Source: Candidatus Poribacteria bacterium (lineage in GTDB: Bacteria > Poribacteria > WGA-4E > JAJDTR01). From it: a stretch of DNA of 64,000 nt. The notes under the pieces were generated by a model. It did not search any database. It saw only the letters and a list, made by a program, of their open reading frames with translations, and had not been told where the DNA came from. Numbering within the stretch: the first letter of the stretch is position 1; the number at the start of each line of letters is the position of its first letter. The translations under genes were made by a program, and so were the position numbers. The stretch covers positions 1,664,001 to 1,728,000 of the forward strand of contig CBDCTK010000002.1 of the NCBI GenBank assembly GCA_965222225.1. The letters run 5' to 3'. Below are positions 1 through 8,115 of this stretch, one piece after another.

Positions 1-129
1 CTCGACGCAGAAAGTATGCCTCGAGCGAGACATAACCACGCCCTCCGTCAATGCGACCGCCATGTCATTCAGTTCGCACGATCCAGTCCAATCTTGGCTG
101 GTTTGATCGTCGCTGTCTTCTAAAGCCAT
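1..129 (-). CDS. N-terminus of unknown 'family X' protein (runs off window); paralogue of 5211-5666
   Basis: AGGAG RBS then ATG at 129; MALEDSDDQTSQDWTGSCELNDMAVALTEGVVMSRSRHTFCVE aligns by eye with DKWRGSWVEVKNVSL...VSQSTHSFELRN of 5211-5666. Confidence 0.6.
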   Translation of the reverse strand, partial: MALEDSDDQTSQDWTGSCELNDMAVALTEGVVMSRSRHTFCVE

Positions 130-224
130 AATAATCTCCTTATCGTGTTAGCGTGAGAGGGGACTACTTACCGGCGAGCCCCCGGAACCGCCGCCGGCGC
201 CCTATGGTGCAGGCTCATGAATAC

Positions 225-520
225 TTAACTCGTCACCGCAGACGTGACAGCACTGATCGCTGTATTCCCGCTTCCGAGATTATCGGTGCACACTACCACA
301 TCCCGCAGTTCCATACCGACATCTGCTGTGACTGGCGTGTAAGTGCTGGACGTTCCGCCCGTGATGCTCGCCCACTCGTCGCTCGACCCTTCATTACGCT
401 TTTGCCACTGCCAAATCAAATTGGAAAGCGGCACATCGGTGTCCGCCAGCGTTACCGTCATTTGTGTGCCAACAACAGGTGTCGTGTCATCAAGCGTCAC
501 AGTGCCGGGCGCATTATTGA
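225..520 (-). pseudogene. Isolated C-terminal Ig/cadherin-like adhesin domain, probably 5'-truncated
   Basis: GTVTL...P.VG..MTVTL.D.D...WQWQ...W..I.G.TSSTYTP...DVG.ELR..V...D pattern; no signal peptide or clear RBS; abuts repeat at ~524. Confidence 0.55.
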
Positions 521-592
521 TTATTAATGTGTGATTCAATTTGAAACTATCACTTCGGTAGTATCAACTACTACCAAAACCCACTGTACATA

Positions 593-621
593 AATATACC
601 GCACATATGTTAAGTTATCAA
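593..621 (-). promoter_or_regulatory. sigma70-type promoter (leftward), copy A
   Basis: Minus strand TTGATA-17 bp-TATATT; same hexamers and spacing at 7526-7554. Confidence 0.6.
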
Positions 622-916
622 TCTAAACTTTATTGTACATTAACCTAGAAAAGCAGAACCATTTGACCCGAAACCGATCAACGGGATTCGGAACTTCCCC
701 GTACTGGCAACCGTGACACTCCCCCCACTCTCGCGAAATTGTAAGACACAGGCACTGTTGCGAGAACTGCCAATGCCACTCCTGCACAGAAAATGAACAT
801 TGGCGTTCACTTGTTAGATACGAAAGCACGAAACGCCATTGCGTCTCCATGACACATCGGGGGGCGAGTTTGATGCAATTCGTGGCATAGTGCCACGTCA
901 GGGCAACTTATGGGCG

Positions 917-932
917 TGGCACAAAACTTGCT
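917..932 (+). promoter_or_regulatory. sigma54 (RpoN) -24/-12 promoter, copy A
   Basis: TGGCACAAAACTTGCT = TGGCAC-N5-TTGC consensus, 56 bp upstream of the beta-propeller operon; identical at 7835-7850. Confidence 0.8.
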
Positions 933-988
933 GACGCTCTACTAACGCAATCAATCCGACAGCCATCAATTCTAAGGGAGGAAGTCCA

Positions 989-2122
989 ATGATATGGACT
1001 CAAATATTCATGCGAACCGCTGTCATTTTCTTGGTAACGATGACTATGCCAGCAAACGAATCGGATGCGAATATCCACGCCGAGTGGACTCAACTCACTG
1101 TCGGGCAGCCCATGGATCGTGTGCGCGTACTTGAGACTGATGGATTCCGCCTCTACGCCGCGGCGGGAATCAGAGCGGAGAGTGGACTGTACATCTCCCG
1201 AGATAACGGTTACACCTGGAATCCAACCGAGCTGAATCACAGCGTTAATACAATTGCAATTGATCAGAATACTCTGTATGCAGGAGGAGATTCGCACGGC
1301 GTATTTCGCTCCGACAATCTCGGGGACACATGGAAGCCCATAAACAACGGAATCCGCACAATTAATGTTGATAACGGCGAAATCCGCCTCCCATACATCA
1401 AGCAAATACTGGTCATTAGTTCCGGCACAGTCGTCGCTGTGGGGTACCACAGCGGTACGCATATATCAACAGACCGAGGTGACACATGGGACGACGTAAC
1501 ACTAGCGTGGAAAGTGGGCCAACGCGTAGCGCCCGACTGGATAATAGGCGATAGCATCTGGTCGATGACCGAGTTCGATGGCTATCTGTGGGCAGTCTAT
1601 TCAAGCACCTCCAGATCCATATTCCGGTCCACTGACAATGGCCAAACGTGGGAATATACTCGCGAACAAAAGTACGGTCAGATAGCTGACTGGTCGGTGC
1701 TCAATGGTCGATTATACGCTGGTACGCGAAACGGCCTTGCCCGATGGAACGAAGCTCAACCGGCTTGGGAGTATTTCTCCGAAGGGCTTCCAGTCCTATC
1801 CATCGGAGCCACAGCCAGTATAAAAAGCCTGACCGTTTATCGCGGCCGTTTGTTTGCCGGACTTTACGATCACGCCGGAGCTGAGGGAGGTGTTTACATG
1901 TTTGATGACCGCATAGACACATTCGTTCCCGCAGGTCTTCAGGGCTCTTCAGTTAGTGTGCTCATTTCCCATCAATCCGAGCTGTACGCAGCAACCTATG
2001 CGCTCCACGAAAGGCAGGCAGGCACCGTCCACACCCCCCAAGGCATCTACCGCGCTACAATTCTGACCGTGCAACCCTTTGGCAAAGCCGCTACCACGTG
2101 GGGCGCTATAAAAACAAAATGA
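989..2122 (+). CDS. Secreted Asp-box (BNR) beta-propeller protein, paralogue 1
   Basis: Signal peptide, repeated SxDxGxTW motifs, C-terminal VQPFGKAATTWGAIK tail. Confidence 0.85.
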   Translation: MIWTQIFMRTAVIFLVTMTMPANESDANIHAEWTQLTVGQPMDRVRVLETDGFRLYAAAGIRAESGLYISRDNGYTWNPTELNHSVNTIAIDQNTLYAGGDSHGVFRSDNLGDTWKPINNGIRTINVDNGEIRLPYIKQILVISSGTVVAVGYHSGTHISTDRGDTWDDVTLAWKVGQRVAPDWIIGDSIWSMTEFDGYLWAVYSSTSRSIFRSTDNGQTWEYTREQKYGQIADWSVLNGRLYAGTRNGLARWNEAQPAWEYFSEGLPVLSIGATASIKSLTVYRGRLFAGLYDHAGAEGGVYMFDDRIDTFVPAGLQGSSVSVLISHQSELYAATYALHERQAGTVHTPQGIYRATILTVQPFGKAATTWGAIKTK

Positions 2123-3171
2123 AAAAAATATCCCTCACCGCCTCTATGCTCCTCGTCATCTCCCTCGCCCGCGCCGAGTGGGAACCCCTTGTCGGTACGC
2201 GCGCCATGAAAACCGTGGACGCACTTGAAAGCGATGGCCGCCGCCTCTTCGCCGGGGGATCGTTGGAAGGACTGTATACCTCGGACGATAATGGTGACAC
2301 CTGGTGTACAACCCACCTGTCAGTCAACTACGCGCAAGCAATAGCTGTCAGCGGCGATGTGATATATGCATTCCTGTATAAGGATGGCATGTATCGCTCC
2401 GACGATTACGGGAAGACATGGCACCGGAAAAACATCGGGCTCCCCGAAACAAATGAGGATACCGGCCTAATTCCGTCCATTAACCAAATACTCCTCACCC
2501 GTTCCGGTATGGTCATCGCTGTGGGCGGCTTTGATGGGACGTACATATCCCGTGACCGAGGAGAGACATGGCACTTCCCGGCCGATTGGTCGTATCCCTG
2601 CCCCGCAGCGCCCGATCACGACCGTAGGATCAGCGATGACCTCGATTCCATGTTCGAGTACGACGGTTATTTGTGGGCAGCCGCGTGGTTCCAAGTATAC
2701 CGATCCCCCGACGACGGCTCTACATGGGAATGCGTGCCAGTATTGCCAAGGCTCGGCGAAGCCTACGACTGGGCAGTGCTCAACAATCAATTATACGTCG
2801 CTGGAGGACACGGCTTTGTACGGTGGAACGAAGGCGAACTCGCTTGGGACGATCTCAACAACGGGCTGCCGGATTACCCTGATTTGATCAGCCTTGCCAT
2901 TAACCGCGGCCGCATCTTTGCCGCAGTTAGGGCGTCATCCGTGATTAGACCCGGGGCTTATAGGACTGTCGCACACGGCGTGTACGTGTTCGATGAGCAA
3001 TCCGAAACCTGGTTTCCCGCAGGCCTAGACGGCGTGGCGGTATACTTGGTCGCATCCGATCAATCCTACCTCTATGCGTCTACGTACAAGGGCATCTACC
3101 GCGCGTCAATACCGATCGTGAATTCCTACGGCAAAACCGCTTCCACCTGGGGCGCCGTTAAACAAAAATGA
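2119..3171 (+). CDS. Secreted Asp-box beta-propeller protein, paralogue 2
   Basis: ATGA overlap with paralogue 1; SDDNGDTW/SRDRGETW/SPDDGSTW; GKTASTWGAVK tail. Confidence 0.85.
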   Translation: MKKISLTASMLLVISLARAEWEPLVGTRAMKTVDALESDGRRLFAGGSLEGLYTSDDNGDTWCTTHLSVNYAQAIAVSGDVIYAFLYKDGMYRSDDYGKTWHRKNIGLPETNEDTGLIPSINQILLTRSGMVIAVGGFDGTYISRDRGETWHFPADWSYPCPAAPDHDRRISDDLDSMFEYDGYLWAAAWFQVYRSPDDGSTWECVPVLPRLGEAYDWAVLNNQLYVAGGHGFVRWNEGELAWDDLNNGLPDYPDLISLAINRGRIFAAVRASSVIRPGAYRTVAHGVYVFDEQSETWFPAGLDGVAVYLVASDQSYLYASTYKGIYRASIPIVNSYGKTASTWGAVKQK

Positions 3172-4292
3172 AATACCTAACCTTTATCGTCACCCTGTTA
3201 AGCCTTCTCATTGCCTCTGCTCTGCTGGTGATCGCCGTCAGGTCTTGCGCGCCAAACGCACATGCCGAAATTCGGGTGGAGTGGATTCCACTCCCCGGCA
3301 CGGAGGGCTGGCACGTGAACGCAATTGAAACCGATGGGCGCCGCCTTTACGCCGCGACGTGGGAGGGGGGCTACATCTCCCTTGATAACGGTAACACCTG
3401 GAGTTCAACCGAACCGCAACACGGTGTTAGTGCAATTGCAATCGATCGAAATAACCTCTATGCAGCGACGTTTCTCCGCGGCGTATTTCCCTCCGACAGT
3501 CACGGGGAGGCATGGGTTCCCATAAACACCGGCATCCGCATGTGGGAGCGCGACAACGGAGAGCGTGGATACCCAATCTTTTCGGATATACTCGTCACTA
3601 GCTCCGGCACCGTCATCGCTGTGGGGTACACCGGCGGCACGTATATATCCAACAACCGAGGCGAGACATGGCACAACGTCGCAGACGAATGGATACGACC
3701 CGGAAGAGACGGACCGCGCGGATTCCCGCCCCTCTACATAGCCCGCCGCATCCGTTCGATGACCGAGTTCGACGGCTATCTTTGGGTGGCCTATTCGAGC
3801 AGCCAGGCATTCCGTTCCCCTGACAACGGCGAAACGTGGGAAGGTCTTCCCTACTGGGCAGACGGCGGGAGCATTGCCGACTTCGGCACCATAGTCGACT
3901 GGGCGGTGCTCGACGATCGATTATATGTCGCCGGACACGAAGGCATTGGGCGATGGAACGAAGCCGAACAGCGCTGGGAGCTTCTCAACCGCGGGCTTCC
4001 GGTCCATAGGGGCGGCGGCATCGGCAGCTGGGATCTGGCGGTTAATCGCGGTCGTATCTTCGCCGCGCCTTTCCTATACGACCGCGGCGTGTGGCTGTTC
4101 GACCGGTCGTCCGAAACATGGGCGCCCGTACGCCCCCAAAACGCCGGACACATGTATTCGATCGCATCCCACGGATCCGATCTGTACGCCACCGGCGAAC
4201 TGGGTATCTACCGCGCTTGGATCCCCGCCGTTCAACCCTACGGCAAATTCGCTACAACCTGGGGCGCAATAAAAGGAAACCCTAAACCATGA
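3168..4292 (+). CDS. Secreted Asp-box beta-propeller protein, paralogue 3
   Basis: ATGA overlap; SLDNGNTW/SPDNGETW; GKFATTWGAIK tail. Confidence 0.85.
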   Translation: MKYLTFIVTLLSLLIASALLVIAVRSCAPNAHAEIRVEWIPLPGTEGWHVNAIETDGRRLYAATWEGGYISLDNGNTWSSTEPQHGVSAIAIDRNNLYAATFLRGVFPSDSHGEAWVPINTGIRMWERDNGERGYPIFSDILVTSSGTVIAVGYTGGTYISNNRGETWHNVADEWIRPGRDGPRGFPPLYIARRIRSMTEFDGYLWVAYSSSQAFRSPDNGETWEGLPYWADGGSIADFGTIVDWAVLDDRLYVAGHEGIGRWNEAEQRWELLNRGLPVHRGGGIGSWDLAVNRGRIFAAPFLYDRGVWLFDRSSETWAPVRPQNAGHMYSIASHGSDLYATGELGIYRAWIPAVQPYGKFATTWGAIKGNPKP

Positions 4293-4711
4293 CACGAACC
4301 CTCACCCTACTCATCTGCCTCACCCTTCTCGCCTGCAGTGAAACGCCCCAGCGGGACGAACCCACCACCGGCGCCTACATCGTGAGCATCAACCCGCCTA
4401 TACTCGACGAAGGCCGTCCCGCCGAAGAGAAAATCAACGTCGGCGAGTTGACCGATGAAGGCTGGCAACCCATCACCATCACCTTCTCCGATATACCTAA
4501 AGACCTTGACGTGCATCACGCGTACTGGAGGGTGTCTGAATGGGTGTTGAAAGGCCGAGTCCTCACTATAAGAACATTTTGCGACTACCGGTGGTATCCG
4601 GGGTCGGAGAACGTCTATTGTCGTCTCGTGGGATGCAGGCTACAAGTACTTAAACTATTGGTGCCCGGACGAATAACAATAAAGTGGACGAGCGGCAGGA
4701 AGAAAGGATAA
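4289..4711 (+). CDS. Putative lipoprotein; 3' end probably truncated or fused
   Basis: Lipobox LLAC; ATGA overlap with upstream gene; overlaps the convergent gene by 57 bp. Confidence 0.6.
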   Translation: MTRTLTLLICLTLLACSETPQRDEPTTGAYIVSINPPILDEGRPAEEKINVGELTDEGWQPITITFSDIPKDLDVHHAYWRVSEWVLKGRVLTIRTFCDYRWYPGSENVYCRLVGCRLQVLKLLVPGRITIKWTSGRKKG

Positions 4712-4963
4712 AACAACCGCCGTCGCAATGGCTATCCCAAGATACCGGAGCATGGTCAACTCGCCCTTCATCTTCTGATTTTCCGATTCAAGGAAACTGA
4801 TCCGTTCTTCAGATTTTCCTAGCCGGTTACAGATATTATCAACGCGCACCACCAGATGCTTAATGTCCGTTCGCGTCTCGGTCACCTGCTGAATCAAAAT
4901 GTCGAGTTTGTTGTCAAGATCGCGCACCCACTGCTTTGGGCCGCCGTCAGATTCGCCGTTCAT
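4655..4963 (-). CDS. Small coiled-coil protein with C-terminal hydrophobic helix (XhlA/holin-like)
   Basis: KQWVRDLDNKLD...KMKGELTMLRYLGIAIATAVV; paralogue of 7027-7317. Confidence 0.65.
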   Translation of the reverse strand: MNGESDGGPKQWVRDLDNKLDILIQQVTETRTDIKHLVVRVDNICNRLGKSEERISFLESENQKMKGELTMLRYLGIAIATAVVLSFLPAARPLYCYSSGHQ

Positions 4964-5151
4964 GAAAATACCCTCTTAATAAAAGCCCATAACCGACGCC
5001 ACCAGCTGGCATGTCAGAAAAGTCTCCTTACTTGTTCTTCATTTACTGAACCCTTCGTAACATGAGACTGATTCTCAGTGGACAGGCAATAGAATACATC
5101 GCCGCGCCAGCAAAAATCACCATGCCGCTAATCGCTCCCGAAAGAAAGCAT

Positions 5152-5188
5152 AAAAATAGCCCGCAGCCGAATATGACCGCGGGCTATT
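5152..5188 (-). terminator. Rho-independent terminator after the family X gene
   Basis: AATAGCCCGC...GCGGGCTATT stem followed by a T-run on the minus strand. Confidence 0.6.
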
Positions 5189-5210
5189 GTCGTCATACCT
5201 AAGACATCCT

Positions 5211-5666
5211 CTAAAGGACAGTGTCATCCGTTTCGCGAGCTTCAATAGCATTGCCAAGCCCCTGGCCACCATCTGGGCGCAGCGCCGTATAGCACTCCAA
5301 CAGATAGATTTTGCCGTCTTGACCCGTGTAATCCATCTGGCGGAAGGGATTCCAACCGTGCACGCGTTCCTGGTCCACGTGGGTCCATACCCGCATAGGT
5401 TCGCCCGCATCACGCGCCGGTATTGTCAACGTTCCACTTAACGTCCGGTGGACGTTAATATCGACGTTAACCCCGTTCACCACCTCATGCAACTTATGAG
5501 CGTACTCGATAGTAAAATCCAGATCCTCGTCCGTTAAATTGCGCAGTTCGAACGAATGGGTTGATTGGGATACAAGCAAGTTGTTGTCGTGAGGTACGAG
5601 GCTCACGTTCTTCACTTCAACCCAACTGCCTCGCCATTTGTCATTTCCTGTCTGAGTTACTCGCAT
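5211..5666 (-). CDS. Unknown beta-rich 'family X' protein (151 aa), intact copy
   Basis: AGGAG RBS, ATG at 5666; no signal peptide; paralogous pieces at 1-129 and 9927-10187. Confidence 0.7.
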   Translation of the reverse strand: MRVTQTGNDKWRGSWVEVKNVSLVPHDNNLLVSQSTHSFELRNLTDEDLDFTIEYAHKLHEVVNGVNVDINVHRTLSGTLTIPARDAGEPMRVWTHVDQERVHGWNPFRQMDYTGQDGKIYLLECYTALRPDGGQGLGNAIEARETDDTVL

Positions 5667-5686
5667 TGTTAATCTCCTTTGTATTG

Positions 5687-6241
5687 TTACCTCGGCCACT
5701 CGGCCGCTACCTCCGCCAACAGATCGAGCGGATCGCCATCATACCGAGTAAAATGCAGGGTAAAGCGATTGGCTCTGAGAGCCAAGGTATCACCCTTCAA
5801 ATAATATCGACCGACGACCGAGTCCAAACACCCGAATCGACCGCCCGACATCATAAATTGACCGTCATCGGTAAACAGATAGTCGCCGATGACAAACTGT
5901 TCTACACGCGGCTCCCAACGACTCTGCCACTCGCGTACGATAAGCCATGAATTCCATCGTCCGCGAGCACCAAAATGAATAATAATACGTCCTATTGGGG
6001 AACTGTGTCGCATCCGCAATAAGTCGTTAAAAATGAAAAACCCCGGTCTTTCATCGGACGGCAGAAAACGCGTTACCCAATAAGGCCCTTGAATGGCTTT
6101 CTCTATTGGCTGTCCGTCATTCAACGGGGCGAAGCGCAGATTTAAATCATCGTCTGCTTCATTATTGGACACTGTTTCCGAACACGCCGCGAGAATTACA
6201 GCAAAACACAGCACGATAAGGCGCATAAATGTCGCTAGCAT
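5687..6241 (-). CDS. Putative lipoprotein, unknown function
   Basis: GGAGG RBS, ATG at 6241; lipobox ILAAC. Confidence 0.65.
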   Translation of the reverse strand: MLATFMRLIVLCFAVILAACSETVSNNEADDDLNLRFAPLNDGQPIEKAIQGPYWVTRFLPSDERPGFFIFNDLLRMRHSSPIGRIIIHFGARGRWNSWLIVREWQSRWEPRVEQFVIGDYLFTDDGQFMMSGGRFGCLDSVVGRYYLKGDTLALRANRFTLHFTRYDGDPLDLLAEVAAEWPR

Positions 6242-6624
6242 GGTAGTTATCCTCCATATAGAAGTTAAGTGTCGGGACACCCGACCGGTATTCCGACAAT
6301 ATCCATCCTAGCCTTATGCAATAATGGAGCCATCAGCTGTTACCAATCGTCGTTCGGATCTAGCATTGATGAATCTCCTTTTGTTAAGAGTTAAAGTGAG
6401 GGCTGCTTAATGGCGAGCCCCCGAAGCCACCCGTTGGGACTACCCAACGAAGTTAAACGTCTTCAGCCTCAGCTTTGGCTTTAGCCTCTGTCTCAAGCCA
6501 CGCAGCCTTCGCCCACCGCGTCTCCGGCATCGGGATCGCCAAACTGGACCTCAGCTCGACTTTGTACAAAAGTACAATGGTTGGGTTGTAACGAGAGCCG
6601 TACAACACCAAACCCGTACGCGGG

Positions 6625-6661
6625 GATCAAATGAGCGGATAGCGAGTGCGATAGAGTTCCC
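6625..6661 (-). repeat. Dispersed 37-bp intergenic repeat (1 of 6)
   Basis: Consensus GGGANCTCTATCGCAYTCGCTATTCGCTCRYTTGATC; other copies at 27485, 40872, 46911, 51598(-), 55119. Confidence 0.8.
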
Positions 6662-6734
6662 ATCTCACTTTTCTCGAACGCTTGATTACCACCGTCTGTT
6701 ATACTTCTTAAATGTACAACGTCAAGCTAAGTAG

Positions 6735-6823
6735 ATTAATGTGTGATTCAATTTGAAACCATCACTTCGGAAGTATCAACTACTACCAAAATGAACTATA
6801 CATATATTAAGTTGTCAACCTAA
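6735..6823. repeat. Control region copy B, left part
   Basis: ATTAATGTGTGATTCAATTTGAAAC...CTACTACCAAAA matches 524-580; includes TTGACA on the minus strand. Confidence 0.85.
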
Positions 6824-7026
6824 AAATTATCAAAAATACAAAAAACTTTCATAGTGACTATGATTTGCTATCAGGATCTTCTATCACACTCATTATTCAC
6901 TCGCGTGATACCTCCCTATCTGGACGGTTGATAGGCTTGTATTGTCAAGTCCCAGCCGTGAACGACGAAGTCGCCTGTAATGCCGTCGGGCTCCGGGACA
7001 TTGTGGAAGCACGTCTATTCTTTTTA

Positions 7027-7317
7027 TCAACCACCTTTTACTGTCATAACAATCGGAACCGCTACCGCCGCAACTACGCCAATCCCGGACAAAATCCACT
7101 TGAGCATCGTGAGTTCCCCCTTGTGCTTTTGGATTTCGTCCTCGACCGCTTTAATCCGATTGTCCTGATTTGCCAACTTTTCGCACTGGGCATCAATACG
7201 CTTGGCTGTGTAGTCGAGATGGACTTCCATCTTGTGCATGAATTCAAGAATATTATCCACCTTCTTATCTATCTCGCGTACCCATTGCTTTAAGCCAACA
7301 TCTTTTTCCTCGGTCAT
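7027..7317 (-). CDS. Small coiled-coil protein with C-terminal TM helix (XhlA/holin-like)
   Basis: KQWVREIDKKVD...KHKGELTMLKWILSGIGVVAAVAVPIV. Confidence 0.7.
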   Translation of the reverse strand: MTEEKDVGLKQWVREIDKKVDNILEFMHKMEVHLDYTAKRIDAQCEKLANQDNRIKAVEDEIQKHKGELTMLKWILSGIGVVAAVAVPIVMTVKGG

Positions 7318-7523
7318 GATTCAATGACTCCAATATTATCCTGCAAGCGGGCGCCTCCCTCTTTGAGTGTATGTGTTGCCACTCCACAACGGACTGGCGA
7401 CACGGAAACATATTGTCCTTCCGTAGGCTGTTGCGACAAACTATCTAAATTATCTATTGCCTCTTTCTCCTGTCGAAATCTCGGAAGCATCAAATTTCTA
7501 TCGCCGCCGGTTAATTCCTTGCT

Positions 7524-7850
7524 AAAATATACCCCACATATATTAAGTTATCAATCTGGAAATTTTATTGTACATTAACCTAGAAAAACAGAACCACTTG
7601 ACCCGAAACCAATCAAAAGGAGTCATCCTCGCACTGGCAACCGTGACACTCCTCCCACTCCGGAGAAACTGTAAGACACAAGCACTGTTGCGAGAACTGC
7701 CAATGCCCCTCTTGCACAAAAAATGAACATTGGCGTTCACTTGTTGGATACAAAAACACGAAACGCCTTGACACATCGGGAGCGAGTTTGATATCATTCG
7801 TGGGATACTGCCGAGTCAAGGCGACTTATGGGCGTGGCACAAAACTTGCT
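7524..7850. repeat. Control region copy B, right part (sigma70 promoter 7526-7554 minus; sigma54 promoter 7835-7850 plus)
   Basis: Colinear high similarity to 592-932. Confidence 0.9.
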
Positions 7851-8115
7851 CCATTAGAAGTTAGGCACAAAAACTTGCCTTTCACGGAAGGTGATCCAAC
7901 CATGTGCTCTCGGCGCTTAATGCGAACCGCTTTCAATGTCTTAGTACGGTCGTTGGCTCAAGCGCATTCTATGCGGGACGACTATTCGACCTCCAAGAGA
8001 CGAGCCGCGCGTCCGAGTGTTAGGTGAAGATTGCGAACTGCAGACTTACATAGTCAGATCGACCCAACCCTATATTTTAAAGAGCTACTCTACGAGATAC
8101 ACTTCCGTTAGAACA

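Larger units (their letters stand above)
524..932. repeat. Conserved ~400-bp divergent control region, copy A
   Basis: Closely similar to 6735-6823 (left part) and 7524-7850 (right part). Confidence 0.9.

Noticed and set aside
588-615. dif/Xer-like site (ATATGTTAAGT)
   Set aside because: Arm symmetry is poor; the sequence is better explained as the spacer of the leftward sigma70 promoter.
623-850. Minus-strand ORFs in the control regions (also 7543-7819)
   Set aside because: The frame is not conserved between the two copies and there is no RBS; similarity is at DNA level only.
7863-7879. Second sigma54 site GGCACAAAAACTTGC
   Set aside because: GG-to-GC spacing is 11 rather than the required 10 bp; probably a degenerate local duplication.
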